NCBI GenBank assembly: GCA_041576165.1
Contig: JBFGLM010000048.1
Location: 1-33,193 of the forward strand
Length of the DNA stretch: 33,193 nt
Source of the DNA: Acidimicrobiia bacterium
Lineage (GTDB): Bacteria > Actinomycetota > Acidimicrobiia > Spongiisociales > Spongiisociaceae
Direction of reading: 5' to 3'
Below, piece after piece: positions 1-9,584 of the stretch (position 1 is its first letter; each line of letters opens with the position of its first letter). Position numbers and translations under genes: made by a program. The notes under the pieces were generated by a model, which made no database searches, was not told the origin of the DNA, and was given only the letters and a program-made list of their open reading frames with translations.

Positions 1-203
1 CGGCCAAACAGTGTGACCTCGACCACCGCATCCTCTACTCACATGGAGGGCCGACCACCACCGACAACCTCGGGCCGGTGTGCCCCCACGACCACGACCT
101 CCGCCACCGATACGGCTGGACCTACCAGCCCATCCGAAACGACGACTACCTCTGGACCAGCCCACTCGGCCACCAATACACCACCAGCGGCAAACCACCA
201 TGA
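1..203 (+). CDS. C-terminal fragment of an HNH endonuclease signature protein (DUF222/13E12-repeat type); 5'-truncated by the window edge
   Basis: Not in the ORF track. Frame 3 reads AKQCDLDHRILYSHGGPTTTDNLGPVCPHDHDLRHRYGWTY...LWTSPLGHQYTTSGKPP, stop TGA at 201-203. The CDLDH...GGxT...NL..C..H...H..GW and WTSPLG pattern is typical of actinobacterial DUF222-HNH proteins. Confidence 0.85.
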   Translation, partial: AKQCDLDHRILYSHGGPTTTDNLGPVCPHDHDLRHRYGWTYQPIRNDDYLWTSPLGHQYTTSGKPP

Positions 204-345
204 CCCAGCGCGCCGACCGGCGCCGCTGCTGAGCGACGATTGAACGGACACCCGGTACGTCCACACTGGGTGCCCGGTACCGGCCACGCCCGGGCACGTC
301 GGCACCGGGGGTAGCGTGGAATCAACAAGAGCCCGGAGGTAGACC

Positions 346-1554
346 ATGGCCCGGCCCGTCTTTGTCGTCGACTACGTCCGCACCCCATTCGGTCGCTACG
401 GGGGAGCACTGGCTGGCGTCCGCACCGACGACCTGGCCGCCGTGCCGATCCGAGCCCTGGTAGAGCGCAACCCAACTGTCGACCCCGAAGCGGTCGACGA
501 GGTGTTCTACGGCTCGACCAATCAGGCGGGTGAAGACAACCGCAACGTTGCCCGGATGGCGGTGCTGCTGGCCGGTCTGCCGGACTCGGTTCCCGCGTCG
601 ACTGTCAACCGCCTGTGCGGATCGGGGATGGAGGCCATCGTGTCGGGCGCCAGGGCCATCGCATTGGGCGACGCAGACCTGGTCGTAGCCGGGGGCGTCG
701 AGTCGATGTCACGAGCGCCGTTCGTGGTGCCGAAATCTGAACGGGCCTATCCCACCACGGCCGACATCGCCAGCACCACCCTCGGCTGGCGTCTGATCAA
801 TCCGCAGATGGAAGCGATGGGCCACACCGATGCGCTCGGCATCACTGCGGAGAATGTCGCGGAGCAATTCGATGTATCTCGTGAAGACCAGGACGGGTTT
901 GCAGTGCGGTCCCAGCAGCGGGCCGAGGACGCCATCAAGGCGGGGCGGCTCGGCGAGGAGATCGTGCCGGTCACGATCCCTCAGCGCCAAGGCCCGGACG
1001 AACTGGTCGATGTCGACGAGCATCCCCGCCCCGGGACAACGATCGAGAAGCTGGCCAAACTGCCGCCCGCCTTCAAGGAGGGGGGCACAGTGACCGCAGG
1101 CAACTCTTCCGGCATAAATGACGGAGCTGCGGCGCTCCTGATCGCCTCCGATGCCGCGGTCGAACGATTCAAGCTCACGCCGCTGGCCCGCTACGGAGGA
1201 GCAGCCACAGCCGGGGTGCCGCCCCACATCATGGGGATCGGCCCCATCCCCGCCGTGCAGAAGCTCGCAGAGCGGACCGGCCATCCGGCTGCGGGCGTCG
1301 GCGTCATCGAACTCAACGAAGCTTTTGCCAGCCAAGCCCTGGCCTGCCTGCGGGCGCTCGGTCTCGCCGACGACGCCGAGCACGTGAATCCCAACGGCGG
1401 TGCGATTGCGTTGGGTCACCCCACCGGCGCGTCCGGAGCGCGCATCACGGGCACTGCCATCAGGGAGATGCAGCGCCGCGACGCCGCCACCGCCCTGGCA
1501 ACCATGTGCATTGGCGTCGGTCAGGGGATTGCCTCGCTCTGGCACGCGGCGTGA
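346..1554 (+). CDS. Acetyl-CoA C-acyltransferase (thiolase), 3-oxoadipyl-CoA thiolase PcaF/PaaJ-like
   Basis: Catalytic motifs [19 protein letters not shown] and TMCIGVG. The [14 protein letters not shown] segment is typical of PcaF/PaaJ. GGAGGT SD upstream of the ATG. Confidence 0.92.
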   Translation: MARPVFVVDYVRTPFGRYGGALAGVRTDDLAAVPIRALVERNPTVDPEAVDEVFYGSTNQAGEDNRNVARMAVLLAGLPDSVPASTVNRLCGSGMEAIVSGARAIALGDADLVVAGGVESMSRAPFVVPKSERAYPTTADIASTTLGWRLINPQMEAMGHTDALGITAENVAEQFDVSREDQDGFAVRSQQRAEDAIKAGRLGEEIVPVTIPQRQGPDELVDVDEHPRPGTTIEKLAKLPPAFKEGGTVTAGNSSGINDGAAALLIASDAAVERFKLTPLARYGGAATAGVPPHIMGIGPIPAVQKLAERTGHPAAGVGVIELNEAFASQALACLRALGLADDAEHVNPNGGAIALGHPTGASGARITGTAIREMQRRDAATALATMCIGVGQGIASLWHAA

Positions 1555-1558
1555 GGCC

Positions 1559-1576
1559 GCCGGGCATTCGCCCGGC
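1559..1576. terminator. GC-rich hairpin between convergent genes (possible terminator)
   Basis: GCCGGGC-ATTC-GCCCGGC immediately after the thiolase stop; no U-tract. Confidence 0.35.
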
Positions 1577-1627
1577 TCGGAGCCCGGCGGGGTGGCTACA
1601 CCGAATCGGTCGCTGCCGGGAGCCCCC

Positions 1628-3292
1628 TCAGCCCGGCACGTCGATCACGACACCTGCGCCAGCCAGCGCGGCTCTCACTTCGCCGATGGCCACCTGCCGC
1701 GGCTGCACCCCCTGCTCTACTGAGAGTGCTGCCAGCATGCCGACGGCCTGGCCGCCGAGCAGCTCCGGTGCATGCATGCGGATCGAGGACGCCACCGACC
1801 GGTCCACGTTGCCGTTACGGGCCACTCCGACCAGGAAGCCGTCCACGTCGGCCGGGATGAATACCCACAACGGCGCGTCGTAGGGACCTAGCCTCGGGTT
1901 GATCACAGAATCCGTGATCCCACACTCCCCGTGATCGTCATCGGATCGATCACCGCCGATCAGCACGCTGTCCGGATACACATCGACCCCCCGCTCGACG
2001 ATGTCGGCACCCAGCATCACCTGCGGACCGGTGAGGCGCCGCGCCTCCCGTACGTAATATCCCGGCGGCATATGGCGCTCTATCTCGTCGGGTATCTCGT
2101 CGAGCCATACCAGGCGCAACGCATCTTGGTAGCCGAGATGAGACGCGACAGCCCAGTTGACTCTGCCCAGTTCCCAACGGTCGTACCACATGTAGAGGTA
2201 GGACTTGAGGGTGGCCATCCGCAGGGCATCATCACGGGCCGTGCCGCCGCGCACGGCCGCAGCCGGGACCGGGACGTCATTGGGCAGGTTGATTCCCGTA
2301 ACCGTGATCTCCGGCCGCTCGGAGTCGGAATCGAACCGGCGCGAGTCGGGCATTCCCCGATACCAGGTAGCCAGCGTTGGATCGATCGGGAATGTCAGGT
2401 CGCTCCAGCCGGTGAACTCGCTCTGGCCGTCCGGCGCCACCAGGCTGCGAAAGTCGTCCAACCACATCTCCACTGTGGAGGCCCCGACCGTCTGCGCCAC
2501 CACGTTCTTGGCGTCCTCGGGCACTGCCAGGCCGGCGGGCACCTCCGGGTACCAGCTCACGATCACTGCATGGGTCATGTCCTGCACACACGGCCCATCT
2601 CCACCGTCGCCGATGCCGTGAGCCGCGCCGGCTAGCGGGATCAGATCGCCGAATTCCGTTGCGTCGATGACGAGGCCCCGAAACCTGTCACCGGAGTCGG
2701 TCTCGACGCCGGACACCCGTCTCTCGTCATCGAACGTCACTCCGACGACACGATCCACCACAGTGCGCACGCCGGCCGCGGTCAGCATCATGTCCAGGAC
2801 AGAGCGAACGACGTGCGGTTCGGGACAAAACGTGTTGATGTTGCTGAAATAGCAAGCACTGACCGACCGGCCGAGCCGGGCATAGTGTTCGCGGACGGCG
2901 GCGAGCAGCTCCGCGTACAAGCCGGATTCGCGCAAGAGGTCGCGGGCCGGTCCGGACGCATCGTCGAATGAGGTGACACCTGCCGCACCGGCCTGACCGC
3001 CGACATAATCGAACGAGCTGAGCAGCACGACATTGTGGCCGCGCCGCCCCGCTTGAACGGCCGCTCCTACCGCGCCGAGACCGTCCCCGACCACGATCAC
3101 GTCGACTTCGATCACCGCCGGTTGAGTGGGCGGTGGCGCTGACGGCCGGGCAGGTTCGGTCGGTGGCGTGGCATCGGGCCCCGCCCCTTCGAACGTAGCC
3201 TGCGGTACGGGCTGGGTATCGGCGGCCCGCTCGGGCGGGCGGGCGCATGCGGTCAGCGTGGCTACGACGGCAATGATGAGCAGCCTTCTCAC
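1628..3292 (-). CDS. Lipoprotein FAD-dependent oxidoreductase (FAD_oxidored/PF12831-like)
   Basis: Start re-called at GTG 3292, giving MRRLLIIAVVATLTAC (signal peptide plus lipobox LTA-C). Then a Pro-rich linker, Rossmann motif DVIVVGDGLGAVGAA, and family motifs VIDATEFGDL, YVREARRL and ASSIRM...GQAVG. Confidence 0.75.
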   Translation of the reverse strand: MRRLLIIAVVATLTACARPPERAADTQPVPQATFEGAGPDATPPTEPARPSAPPPTQPAVIEVDVIVVGDGLGAVGAAVQAGRRGHNVVLLSSFDYVGGQAGAAGVTSFDDASGPARDLLRESGLYAELLAAVREHYARLGRSVSACYFSNINTFCPEPHVVRSVLDMMLTAAGVRTVVDRVVGVTFDDERRVSGVETDSGDRFRGLVIDATEFGDLIPLAGAAHGIGDGGDGPCVQDMTHAVIVSWYPEVPAGLAVPEDAKNVVAQTVGASTVEMWLDDFRSLVAPDGQSEFTGWSDLTFPIDPTLATWYRGMPDSRRFDSDSERPEITVTGINLPNDVPVPAAAVRGGTARDDALRMATLKSYLYMWYDRWELGRVNWAVASHLGYQDALRLVWLDEIPDEIERHMPPGYYVREARRLTGPQVMLGADIVERGVDVYPDSVLIGGDRSDDDHGECGITDSVINPRLGPYDAPLWVFIPADVDGFLVGVARNGNVDRSVASSIRMHAPELLGGQAVGMLAALSVEQGVQPRQVAIGEVRAALAGAGVVIDVPG

Positions 3293-3386
3293 GCCTCCAT
3301 TGTCTCCCACCTAGGTTGCGGCGGTGACGGGCGAAAGGCCCTCGGAATACAAGTCGGATCCCCCCGGGCCGGTGGAGCGGATGTCC

Positions 3387-5060
3387 TCAACGAACCAGCG
3401 GCTTGTACTTGATGCGGTGTGGTTCGACGGCCTCGTCTCCGAACTCGGCGCGCATGAAGTCCTCGTACTCGGAGTAGTTCCCTTCGAACCACCGCACCTG
3501 GCTTTCCCCCTCAAACGCCAGGATGTGGGTGCAGATGCGGTCGAGAAACCACCGATCGTGCGAGATCACGACTGCGCAGCCGGGGAACGCCACGAGGGCC
3601 TCCTCCAACGCCCGTAGGGTGTCGACGTCGAGGTCGTTGGAGGGCTCATCCAGCAGAATGACGTTCCCGCCGCGCCGCAGCATCTTCCCGAGGTGGACCC
3701 GGTTGCGCTCCCCACCAGACAGATCGCCGACCCTCTTCTGCTGGTCGCCTCCCTTGAAGTTGAGTGACGCGACGTAAGCCCGTGCGTTGACCTCTCGGTT
3801 GCCGACCTTGATGAGATCGTCACCGCCCGAGATCTCGTCGAATACGGACTTGTCTGCAGTTAGGGCGTCCCGGGTCTGATCGACGTAGGCGAGGTCGACG
3901 GTGGGGCCGATCTCGAGTACGCCGGCGTCGGGCTTCTCCGAGCCAGTCAGCATCTTGAACAGGGTGGTTTTGCCTGCGCCGTTGGCGCCGATCACACCGA
4001 CGATGCCGGCCGGGGGCAGAATGAAGCTCAGGTCTTCGATCAGAAGCCGGTCGTCGTATCCCTTCCGCAGCTGTTCGGCCACGATCACCTTGTCGCCGAG
4101 CCGTTGGGTGAACGGGACCTCCAGCTCCAGCTCGGAATCGCGTCCCGTGGTCTGCTCGGCCTCGGCTACCAGCGCCTCGTAGCGGTTCAGCCTGGCCCGG
4201 CCCTTGGCCTGTCGCGCCTTGGGGGACATGTGGACCCACTCCAGTTCCTGGCGCAGCGTCCGTTGTCGGGAAGATGCTTCGCGTTCCTCCTGTTCCAGAC
4301 GAGCAGTCTTCTGTTCGAGCCAACCGGAATAGTTGCCTTCGAAGGGGTAGGCATGACCGTTATCGAGCTCCAGGATCCACCCGGCGACATTGTCGAGGAA
4401 ATAGCGGTCATGGGTGACGGCCATGACGGTGCCGGGGTACTGCTCGAGGTGACGTTCCAACCAGGCAACGGACTCGGCATCGAGGTGGTTGGTCGGTTCG
4501 TCGAGCAGCAGCAGATCGGGTTTCTGCAAAAGGAGTCGGGCCAGCGCCACCCGGCGTCTTTCTCCGCCGGAGAGATGCTCGACGCCCGAGTCGCTCGGCG
4601 GCAGCCGCAGGGCATCCATGGCGACCTCGATCTGGCGCTCCACGTCCCAGCCGTCGACGGCTTCGATCTGTTTCTCCAGACGCGCTTGTTCCTCGCCCAG
4701 CTTTTCGTAGTCTGCCTCGGGGTCCGACCAACCGGCGAGAACCTCGTTGTAGTGTTCGAGGAGATCGCGCACCGGGCCCACGCCGTCCATGACGTTGCCC
4801 ATCACGGTCTTGGCGCGATCCAGCTCTGGTTCCTGGGGGAGCATGCCCACCGAGTAGCCGTTCATCAACTTGGCGTCCCCCGTGTAGCCGTCGTCCAGCC
4901 CAGCCATGATCCTCAGGATTGACGACTTTCCAGCGCCGTTGTGGCCGATCACACCGATCTTGGCGCCGTAGAAGAATGACAGCGAGACGTCCTTGAGGAC
5001 CCGCTTGTTGGGTGGATGGACCCGGTTGACCCGGTGCATCGAGTAGATGAATTCAGGCAT
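3387..5060 (-). CDS. ettA: Energy-dependent translational throttle protein EttA (ABC-F ATPase)
   Basis: Two ABC domains (GHNGAGKS and GANGAGKT; LSGGE; LLLDEP). EttA-typical N-terminus FIYSMHRV...LSFFYGAKIGVIG, inter-domain linker LEWVHMSPKARQAKGRARL and C-terminus PHRIKYKPL. Start re-called at ATG 5060. Confidence 0.95.
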   Translation of the reverse strand: MPEFIYSMHRVNRVHPPNKRVLKDVSLSFFYGAKIGVIGHNGAGKSSILRIMAGLDDGYTGDAKLMNGYSVGMLPQEPELDRAKTVMGNVMDGVGPVRDLLEHYNEVLAGWSDPEADYEKLGEEQARLEKQIEAVDGWDVERQIEVAMDALRLPPSDSGVEHLSGGERRRVALARLLLQKPDLLLLDEPTNHLDAESVAWLERHLEQYPGTVMAVTHDRYFLDNVAGWILELDNGHAYPFEGNYSGWLEQKTARLEQEEREASSRQRTLRQELEWVHMSPKARQAKGRARLNRYEALVAEAEQTTGRDSELELEVPFTQRLGDKVIVAEQLRKGYDDRLLIEDLSFILPPAGIVGVIGANGAGKTTLFKMLTGSEKPDAGVLEIGPTVDLAYVDQTRDALTADKSVFDEISGGDDLIKVGNREVNARAYVASLNFKGGDQQKRVGDLSGGERNRVHLGKMLRRGGNVILLDEPSNDLDVDTLRALEEALVAFPGCAVVISHDRWFLDRICTHILAFEGESQVRWFEGNYSEYEDFMRAEFGDEAVEPHRIKYKPLVR

Positions 5061-5137
5061 GTGGCCGGGGATGGTATCTCGCTTCATGCCCGGCCGGACC
5101 AGTCACCCGGGAATCAGTCGGCCGCTACGCTGTCGAG

Positions 5138-5380
5138 ATGTCATTCTGGGACAAGGTCAAGGCGTTCCTGGCCAGCGAGGCAAAGGACGTCAAGGAGGGC
5201 ATCGATGCCGTCCGCGACAAGTTGGACGCCGAGCTGACGAAACGCGAGCGGGAGTTGGAGGCGAGCCCTTCGGAGCGGATCGAAATGATGAAAGAAGAAA
5301 TGGACGCTACCGACAACGTTTTCGACCGCATCGAAGCCGATATCGACTCGCGGCTCGATCCCGACGCCGAGTCGGACTGA
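5138..5380 (+). CDS. Small acidic coiled-coil hypothetical protein
   Basis: 80 aa, helical and E/D/K-rich, fills the intergenic gap. A TACGCT -10-like hexamer lies 6 nt before the ATG. Confidence 0.7.
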   Translation: MSFWDKVKAFLASEAKDVKEGIDAVRDKLDAELTKRERELEASPSERIEMMKEEMDATDNVFDRIEADIDSRLDPDAESD

Positions 5381-5414
5381 CCGCTGCCCTCGCAATTCCT
5401 CGCATGTCGTCCGC

Positions 5415-5445
5415 TTGACTTCAACTTGAGTTGAAGTTGTAGGTT
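5415..5445 (+). promoter_or_regulatory. MerR-family (SoxR-like) promoter/operator
   Basis: -35 TTGACT (5415-5420), 19-bp spacer, -10 TAGGTT (5440-5445). A perfect dyad ACTTCAACT-TG-AGTTGAAGT (5418-5437) overlaps the -35 and spacer. Confidence 0.85.
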
Positions 5446-5452
5446 GCTGGGC

Positions 5453-5809
5453 ATGACCTTGGATCAGCAAACGACCGACATGCTGGCCCGTACCCGTACG
5501 ATCGATATGACCACGTTCGGGCGGCGCAGCGGTCGGCCGGCCCGCATAGAGATCTGGTGGTTTCGGGTGCTGGGGCGGTTCGTCATCACGGGCACGCCGG
5601 GCCCCCGCGACTGGTATGCGAACGTACTGGCCAACCCGGCAGTGATCATCCACGCCAATGGCGACGACTATCCGGGGGAGGCGACGCCCATCACAGATCC
5701 GGTCTTACGGGAAGCTGTTTTCACCGACCCACAGATTTCCTGGTATTCAACACAAGCTCAGCTCGACGATCTGGTGGCTCGCGCCCCGATGGTCGAGGTC
5801 CGATTCTGA
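5453..5809 (+). CDS. Deazaflavin (F420)-dependent nitroreductase/quinone reductase family protein (DDN-like)
   Basis: TTFGRRSG and DWYANVLANPAV motifs of the F420H2-dependent reductase family. ATG 5453 is 7 nt after the -10, implying a leaderless start. Confidence 0.8.
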   Translation: MTLDQQTTDMLARTRTIDMTTFGRRSGRPARIEIWWFRVLGRFVITGTPGPRDWYANVLANPAVIIHANGDDYPGEATPITDPVLREAVFTDPQISWYSTQAQLDDLVARAPMVEVRF

Positions 5810-5837
5810 CGATAGGCCCAGCCTTACGCTGGGTTTC

Positions 5838-6641
5838 TCACGCCAGGAGCAGCTTCTCGAGTCTCCGCCCGGCAACCGCCATGCCGGCTAGGCCCATCAA
5901 TACGAGGAAGCTGACATGGCCGAACAGCGACACGTCGAGGTTTGCGAGGGTCAACGCCCGGACCAGCTCGACGCCGTGATAGAGCGGCGAAATCTGCGTC
6001 ACGGTCTGCAGCCAGCCCGGGTACACGTCAAGTGGGTAGAAGGTGGCGGAGAAGAGGAACAGCGGCAGGGTCGCCAGCTGGATGAGATCAAAGTGCTGCC
6101 ACGATGTCATGAACGTGGTGGCCGCCATACCCACCGCGGCAAAGGCGAACCCGATGAGCACCGCGGCGGGCACGGCGAGTATCGCGAGCGGTGACGACGC
6201 CAGGCCCATGACGACCATGACCAGCATGAATCCCACCGCATACTGCACCCCGCGAAGCAGGGTCCAGGAGATCTCTCCGATGGCGACATCGCCCGGCCGC
6301 AGTGGTGTCGCCAGCATGGCGTCGTACACCTTGTCGTATTTCAGCTTGAAGAAGATGTTGAAGATCTCATAGACGGCGCCGTTCATGGCCGATGCCGCCA
6401 ACAGCGCGGGTGCCACGAAGGCGGCGTAGGAGATCGCCTCGTCTCCGGTCCCGACCGTGCCGACGATCTTGCCGAGACCAAGCCCGATGGAGAAGAGGTA
6501 GAAGATCGGTTCGAAGATTCCGGACAGAAAGACGGGCCAGAGACGCCGGTAAACGAGCAGGTTCCGCTCGATGATTCGCAGAGCTCGCGTCCCACCCAGT
6601 GACGGCGGGGCGATGCGGGCGATCAACGTCCCGGAGGTCAC
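5838..6641 (-). CDS. ABC-2 type exporter permease (NodJ/DrrB-like)
   Basis: About 6 hydrophobic segments; motifs FVAPALLAASAM, LATPL and FLFSATFYP. Start re-called at GTG 6641, overlapping the upstream stop (GTGA). Confidence 0.88.
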   Translation of the reverse strand: MTSGTLIARIAPPSLGGTRALRIIERNLLVYRRLWPVFLSGIFEPIFYLFSIGLGLGKIVGTVGTGDEAISYAAFVAPALLAASAMNGAVYEIFNIFFKLKYDKVYDAMLATPLRPGDVAIGEISWTLLRGVQYAVGFMLVMVVMGLASSPLAILAVPAAVLIGFAFAAVGMAATTFMTSWQHFDLIQLATLPLFLFSATFYPLDVYPGWLQTVTQISPLYHGVELVRALTLANLDVSLFGHVSFLVLMGLAGMAVAGRRLEKLLLA

Positions 6642-7411
6642 GGCTGCAGTCTCCTTGCGAAGTAGCGCACCGAGAGCGCCGTGCCCGCCACCACCCACGC
6701 GGCCAGGTAGGCCACGCTGATAGCCGGGTTGATCGCAAACGGCTGGTCGAGCGCCAGCCCACGGCTCATCTGCACCCCGTGCCATAGTGGAACCAGGAGC
6801 GCCACCGGCTGCATGAAGCCGGGAAGCTGGCTGACAGGGAAGAAGGTGCCCGAAAACAAGAAGAGCGGAGTGACCGCGAAACGGAAGAGCAATGCTATGC
6901 CCATTTCGTTGTCGAGCCATGCTGAATAGGCGGTGATGGTGGCAGCGAAGGCCAGGCCGGTGAGCACGGCGGCGGGAACTGCTGCCAGACCTGGGCCTGG
7001 GGCGAACGCACCGAAGGCGATTGCTACCAACGCGAAGGTCAGCGTGACCATGAACAGTCGAATCGTTACCCAAATCAGATGGCCGACCACGAGGTCGCGG
7101 ATCCCGACCGGTGTGGCCAGGGCGGCGTGGTAGGTCTTCATCCATTTGATGCCGGCCATCACCGGATACGAGCCCTCTCCGGCCCCTGTCAGCATGGCCG
7201 TCGCCGCGAGCAGGCCCGGTGCCAGGAAGGACAGATACGACAGGCCGTCGAGACTGCCGGCGTTGGTCGTGTCGACCAGCGATCCCAGCCCTAGGCCCAT
7301 AGCCGCGAGGAACAGGACCGGGTTCAGGAAGTTGCTGAACACCGATGCCTTCCACACCCGGCGGTACGTGCGGGCCTGGGTCTCGACGAAGCGCAACGAA
7401 CGGGCGACCAT
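6638..7411 (-). CDS. ABC-2 type exporter permease (second subunit)
   Basis: Paralogous to the downstream permease (FLAPGLLAATAM, LATPV, FLFSGTFFP); translationally coupled on both sides. Confidence 0.9.
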   Translation of the reverse strand: MVARSLRFVETQARTYRRVWKASVFSNFLNPVLFLAAMGLGLGSLVDTTNAGSLDGLSYLSFLAPGLLAATAMLTGAGEGSYPVMAGIKWMKTYHAALATPVGIRDLVVGHLIWVTIRLFMVTLTFALVAIAFGAFAPGPGLAAVPAAVLTGLAFAATITAYSAWLDNEMGIALLFRFAVTPLFLFSGTFFPVSQLPGFMQPVALLVPLWHGVQMSRGLALDQPFAINPAISVAYLAAWVVAGTALSVRYFARRLQP

Positions 7412-8334
7412 CAGTCGACGAGGGTTCGGCCCGTGAGGCGGAGGAACACATCCTCGAGGGTGGATCGGCGGACGAGCATCGACTCGGGCTCCAGCCGGCG
7501 CTCGGTTATCTCCTGGGTGGTGGCGTCAGCGTCGTCGGTGTACAAGAGAACGCGGTCGGGCAGCACCTCGACCCGTTTGGCGATGCCGTCCAGCCGCTCG
7601 ACCACTATTTCCTGCTCGCCCACCGGAAATCGAATCTCGAGCACCTCACGGGGCGCATGTTCTTGGATCAGGTCACGGGGTGAGCCCTCTGCGACGATCT
7701 TGGCCTTGTCCATGATCACGAGCCGATCGCACAGCTGCTCGGCTTCGTCCATGTAGTGCGTGGTGATGATCAGTGTCACACCATCCTGCTTGAGCCGGTA
7801 GAGCCGGTCCCACAGCAGATGGCGGGCCTGCGGGTCGAGGCCGGTGGTCGGCTCGTCGAGGATCATCATGTCGGGACGGTTGATCAGCGCCCGGGCGATC
7901 GTCAGCCGGCGCTTCATGCCGCCTGAGAGCGCCTGGACCTGGCCTTTGCGTCGGTCGGCGAGCTGCGCGAACTCGAGCAGCTCGGTCACCCGCACCCGCA
8001 GCTCTGTCCGGGGCAGATCGAAGTAACGACCGTAGATGGTCAGGTTTTCTTCGAGACTCAGCTCGTTGTCGAGCGTGTCCTCCTGGGGGACCACTCCCAG
8101 CCGAGCGCGAATTTGTGCTCCGTCGTGGGCTGGGTCGAATCCCATCACCGTCAGCGAGCCGGAGGTACGCGGGGATACAGCTCCGATCATTCGCATGGTC
8201 GAACTCTTTCCGGCCCCGTTGGGACCGAGGAAGCCGAACGCCTCGCCTGGATATACCTCGAAGTCGATGTTGTCGACGGCTACAAACGTGCCGAACGTCT
8301 TGGTGAGACCCCTGGCGCTGACGAGCGACTGCAT
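7411..8334 (-). CDS. ABC exporter ATP-binding protein (NodI/DrrA-like)
   Basis: Walker A GPNGAGKS, LSGGM signature, ILDEPTTGLDP, TTHY and a C-terminal TLEDVFLRLTG. ATG 8334 lies 7 nt after TAGGGT; the ORF track start of 8343 is an alternative. Confidence 0.93.
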   Translation of the reverse strand: MQSLVSARGLTKTFGTFVAVDNIDFEVYPGEAFGFLGPNGAGKSSTMRMIGAVSPRTSGSLTVMGFDPAHDGAQIRARLGVVPQEDTLDNELSLEENLTIYGRYFDLPRTELRVRVTELLEFAQLADRRKGQVQALSGGMKRRLTIARALINRPDMMILDEPTTGLDPQARHLLWDRLYRLKQDGVTLIITTHYMDEAEQLCDRLVIMDKAKIVAEGSPRDLIQEHAPREVLEIRFPVGEQEIVVERLDGIAKRVEVLPDRVLLYTDDADATTQEITERRLEPESMLVRRSTLEDVFLRLTGRTLVD

Positions 8335-8396
8335 CGGCGCCACCCTACTGACCCTCCGGTGGGCTCATGTCCGAATTACGTTCGCGGGTGGAACGC

Positions 8397-9458
8397 TCAC
8401 GCTGCGGTCAAGATCGCATCGAACACCGAACCCGACACGGGCACGCGGGTCATGGTCGACACCGCAGTGTCGAAGATGGTCAGATTCCCAGTGGTGGTGG
8501 TTATGACGATGAACCGGCCGTCGGGGCTCCAGCGCAACGCATCCGCGGCGACCCGTGATTCAGCGACTACTTCATCCTGGGCCACGATCCGCACGAGCCG
8601 CACGCCGCCGTCCTGGACGCTGAGTGCAATGCGGTTGCCCTCGAGCGGCCAGTCGAGACGCAGCAGGTTCCCGCTCGACGGCAGGTCCAGACTGGCGTCA
8701 CCGGTTGGGTAACCGACAACCGGATCGCTTCCTTCGCCGCGGCTGATGACGATGCCTCCGGTCGCACCTGCTCTATGGCCGATTGCGGTTCCGTTGTATC
8801 GGCGCAGCCCGTCTCCAAACTGGTCCATGACCAGCACCTCGAGCTGGCCTTCCAGTTGGTCCTGGACGTGCACGGCGACGCCCCAATCGCCAAATGCCTC
8901 GACCACTGCGCGGTCCGGCACCGTGGCGATCGATCTGAAGATGTATCCCTGCTCGGTCAGATCGCCCGCCCAGAGCTGGTGCAGTCCTCCAAGATGTCGA
9001 GTGGCGGCAATGCGACTCGGGTTGCTGTCATGCCAGGCGAAACCCGTGACGTCGGGTACGGCCAGGCTGAGATCGCTGGGAGGTCCGATCCACAGGTTGG
9101 AGCGGTTGCCATTTCCGATCGGTTCCATCGATGCAATGTGGGTGGCGTTGACGTTGAGGCGGCCGGCCGGCACGGTCAGGTCGGTGGAAATCGGAGCGAG
9201 CCGGGCCGCCGGCCATTGGACGTACCGGCTCCCGGTCGGAGCCTCGACGATGGCGTGAACTGTTCCGGTCAAGCCGGGAATGCGATCCCGCAGGGAGACA
9301 GGCGCCTCGGTGGTGGTGGTCACGATCTGTTCTTCCGAGGTCTCGAAGTCGCTGCCGAAAGCGAACGCGCCGATGGCCACCACGGCTACAAGCAGCGCTA
9401 CCCAAGGACCCCGCGTCCGCTTCGGTTGCTGTGGCGGAGCGTCGTAGGTGACACTCAT
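8397..9458 (-). CDS. Membrane-anchored hypothetical protein, probable beta-propeller (WD40/TolB-like)
   Basis: N-terminal TM helix, Thr-rich linker, and repeated W-x-x-x-G-type strands (WHDSNPS, WPLEGNRIA, WSPDGRFI). Confidence 0.6.
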   Translation of the reverse strand: MSVTYDAPPQQPKRTRGPWVALLVAVVAIGAFAFGSDFETSEEQIVTTTTEAPVSLRDRIPGLTGTVHAIVEAPTGSRYVQWPAARLAPISTDLTVPAGRLNVNATHIASMEPIGNGNRSNLWIGPPSDLSLAVPDVTGFAWHDSNPSRIAATRHLGGLHQLWAGDLTEQGYIFRSIATVPDRAVVEAFGDWGVAVHVQDQLEGQLEVLVMDQFGDGLRRYNGTAIGHRAGATGGIVISRGEGSDPVVGYPTGDASLDLPSSGNLLRLDWPLEGNRIALSVQDGGVRLVRIVAQDEVVAESRVAADALRWSPDGRFIVITTTTGNLTIFDTAVSTMTRVPVSGSVFDAILTAA

Positions 9459-9584
9459 GTCAGCAGGCTACCCCCTGCCGGCGTCTGCCATTTCCACGAC
9501 GGAGCGCCGAGTTCGGTTGAGAGCGGTGCTTTCACAGGGAACGACGACGAGCCGGGCCGGCGCGCCCGGCGCCTATCCCGGCTT

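Noticed and set aside
6642-7451. Long N-terminal extension of the 537-aa permease ORF (similarly the extensions on hutU, hutI, coxL, coxM and the DUF5671-like gene)
   Set aside because: These extensions overlap real upstream genes or are low-complexity; coupled or SD-supported internal starts fit the family lengths.
5838-8334. Nodulation (nodIJ) function for the ABC exporter
   Set aside because: Family resemblance only; there are no nod biosynthesis genes, and the substrate is unknown.
9551-9570. GCCGGGC-N6-GCCCGGC hairpin after deoD, similar to the hairpin at 1559
   Set aside because: A short GC-only stem with no U-tract; two copies are too few to call a REP family or terminator confidently.
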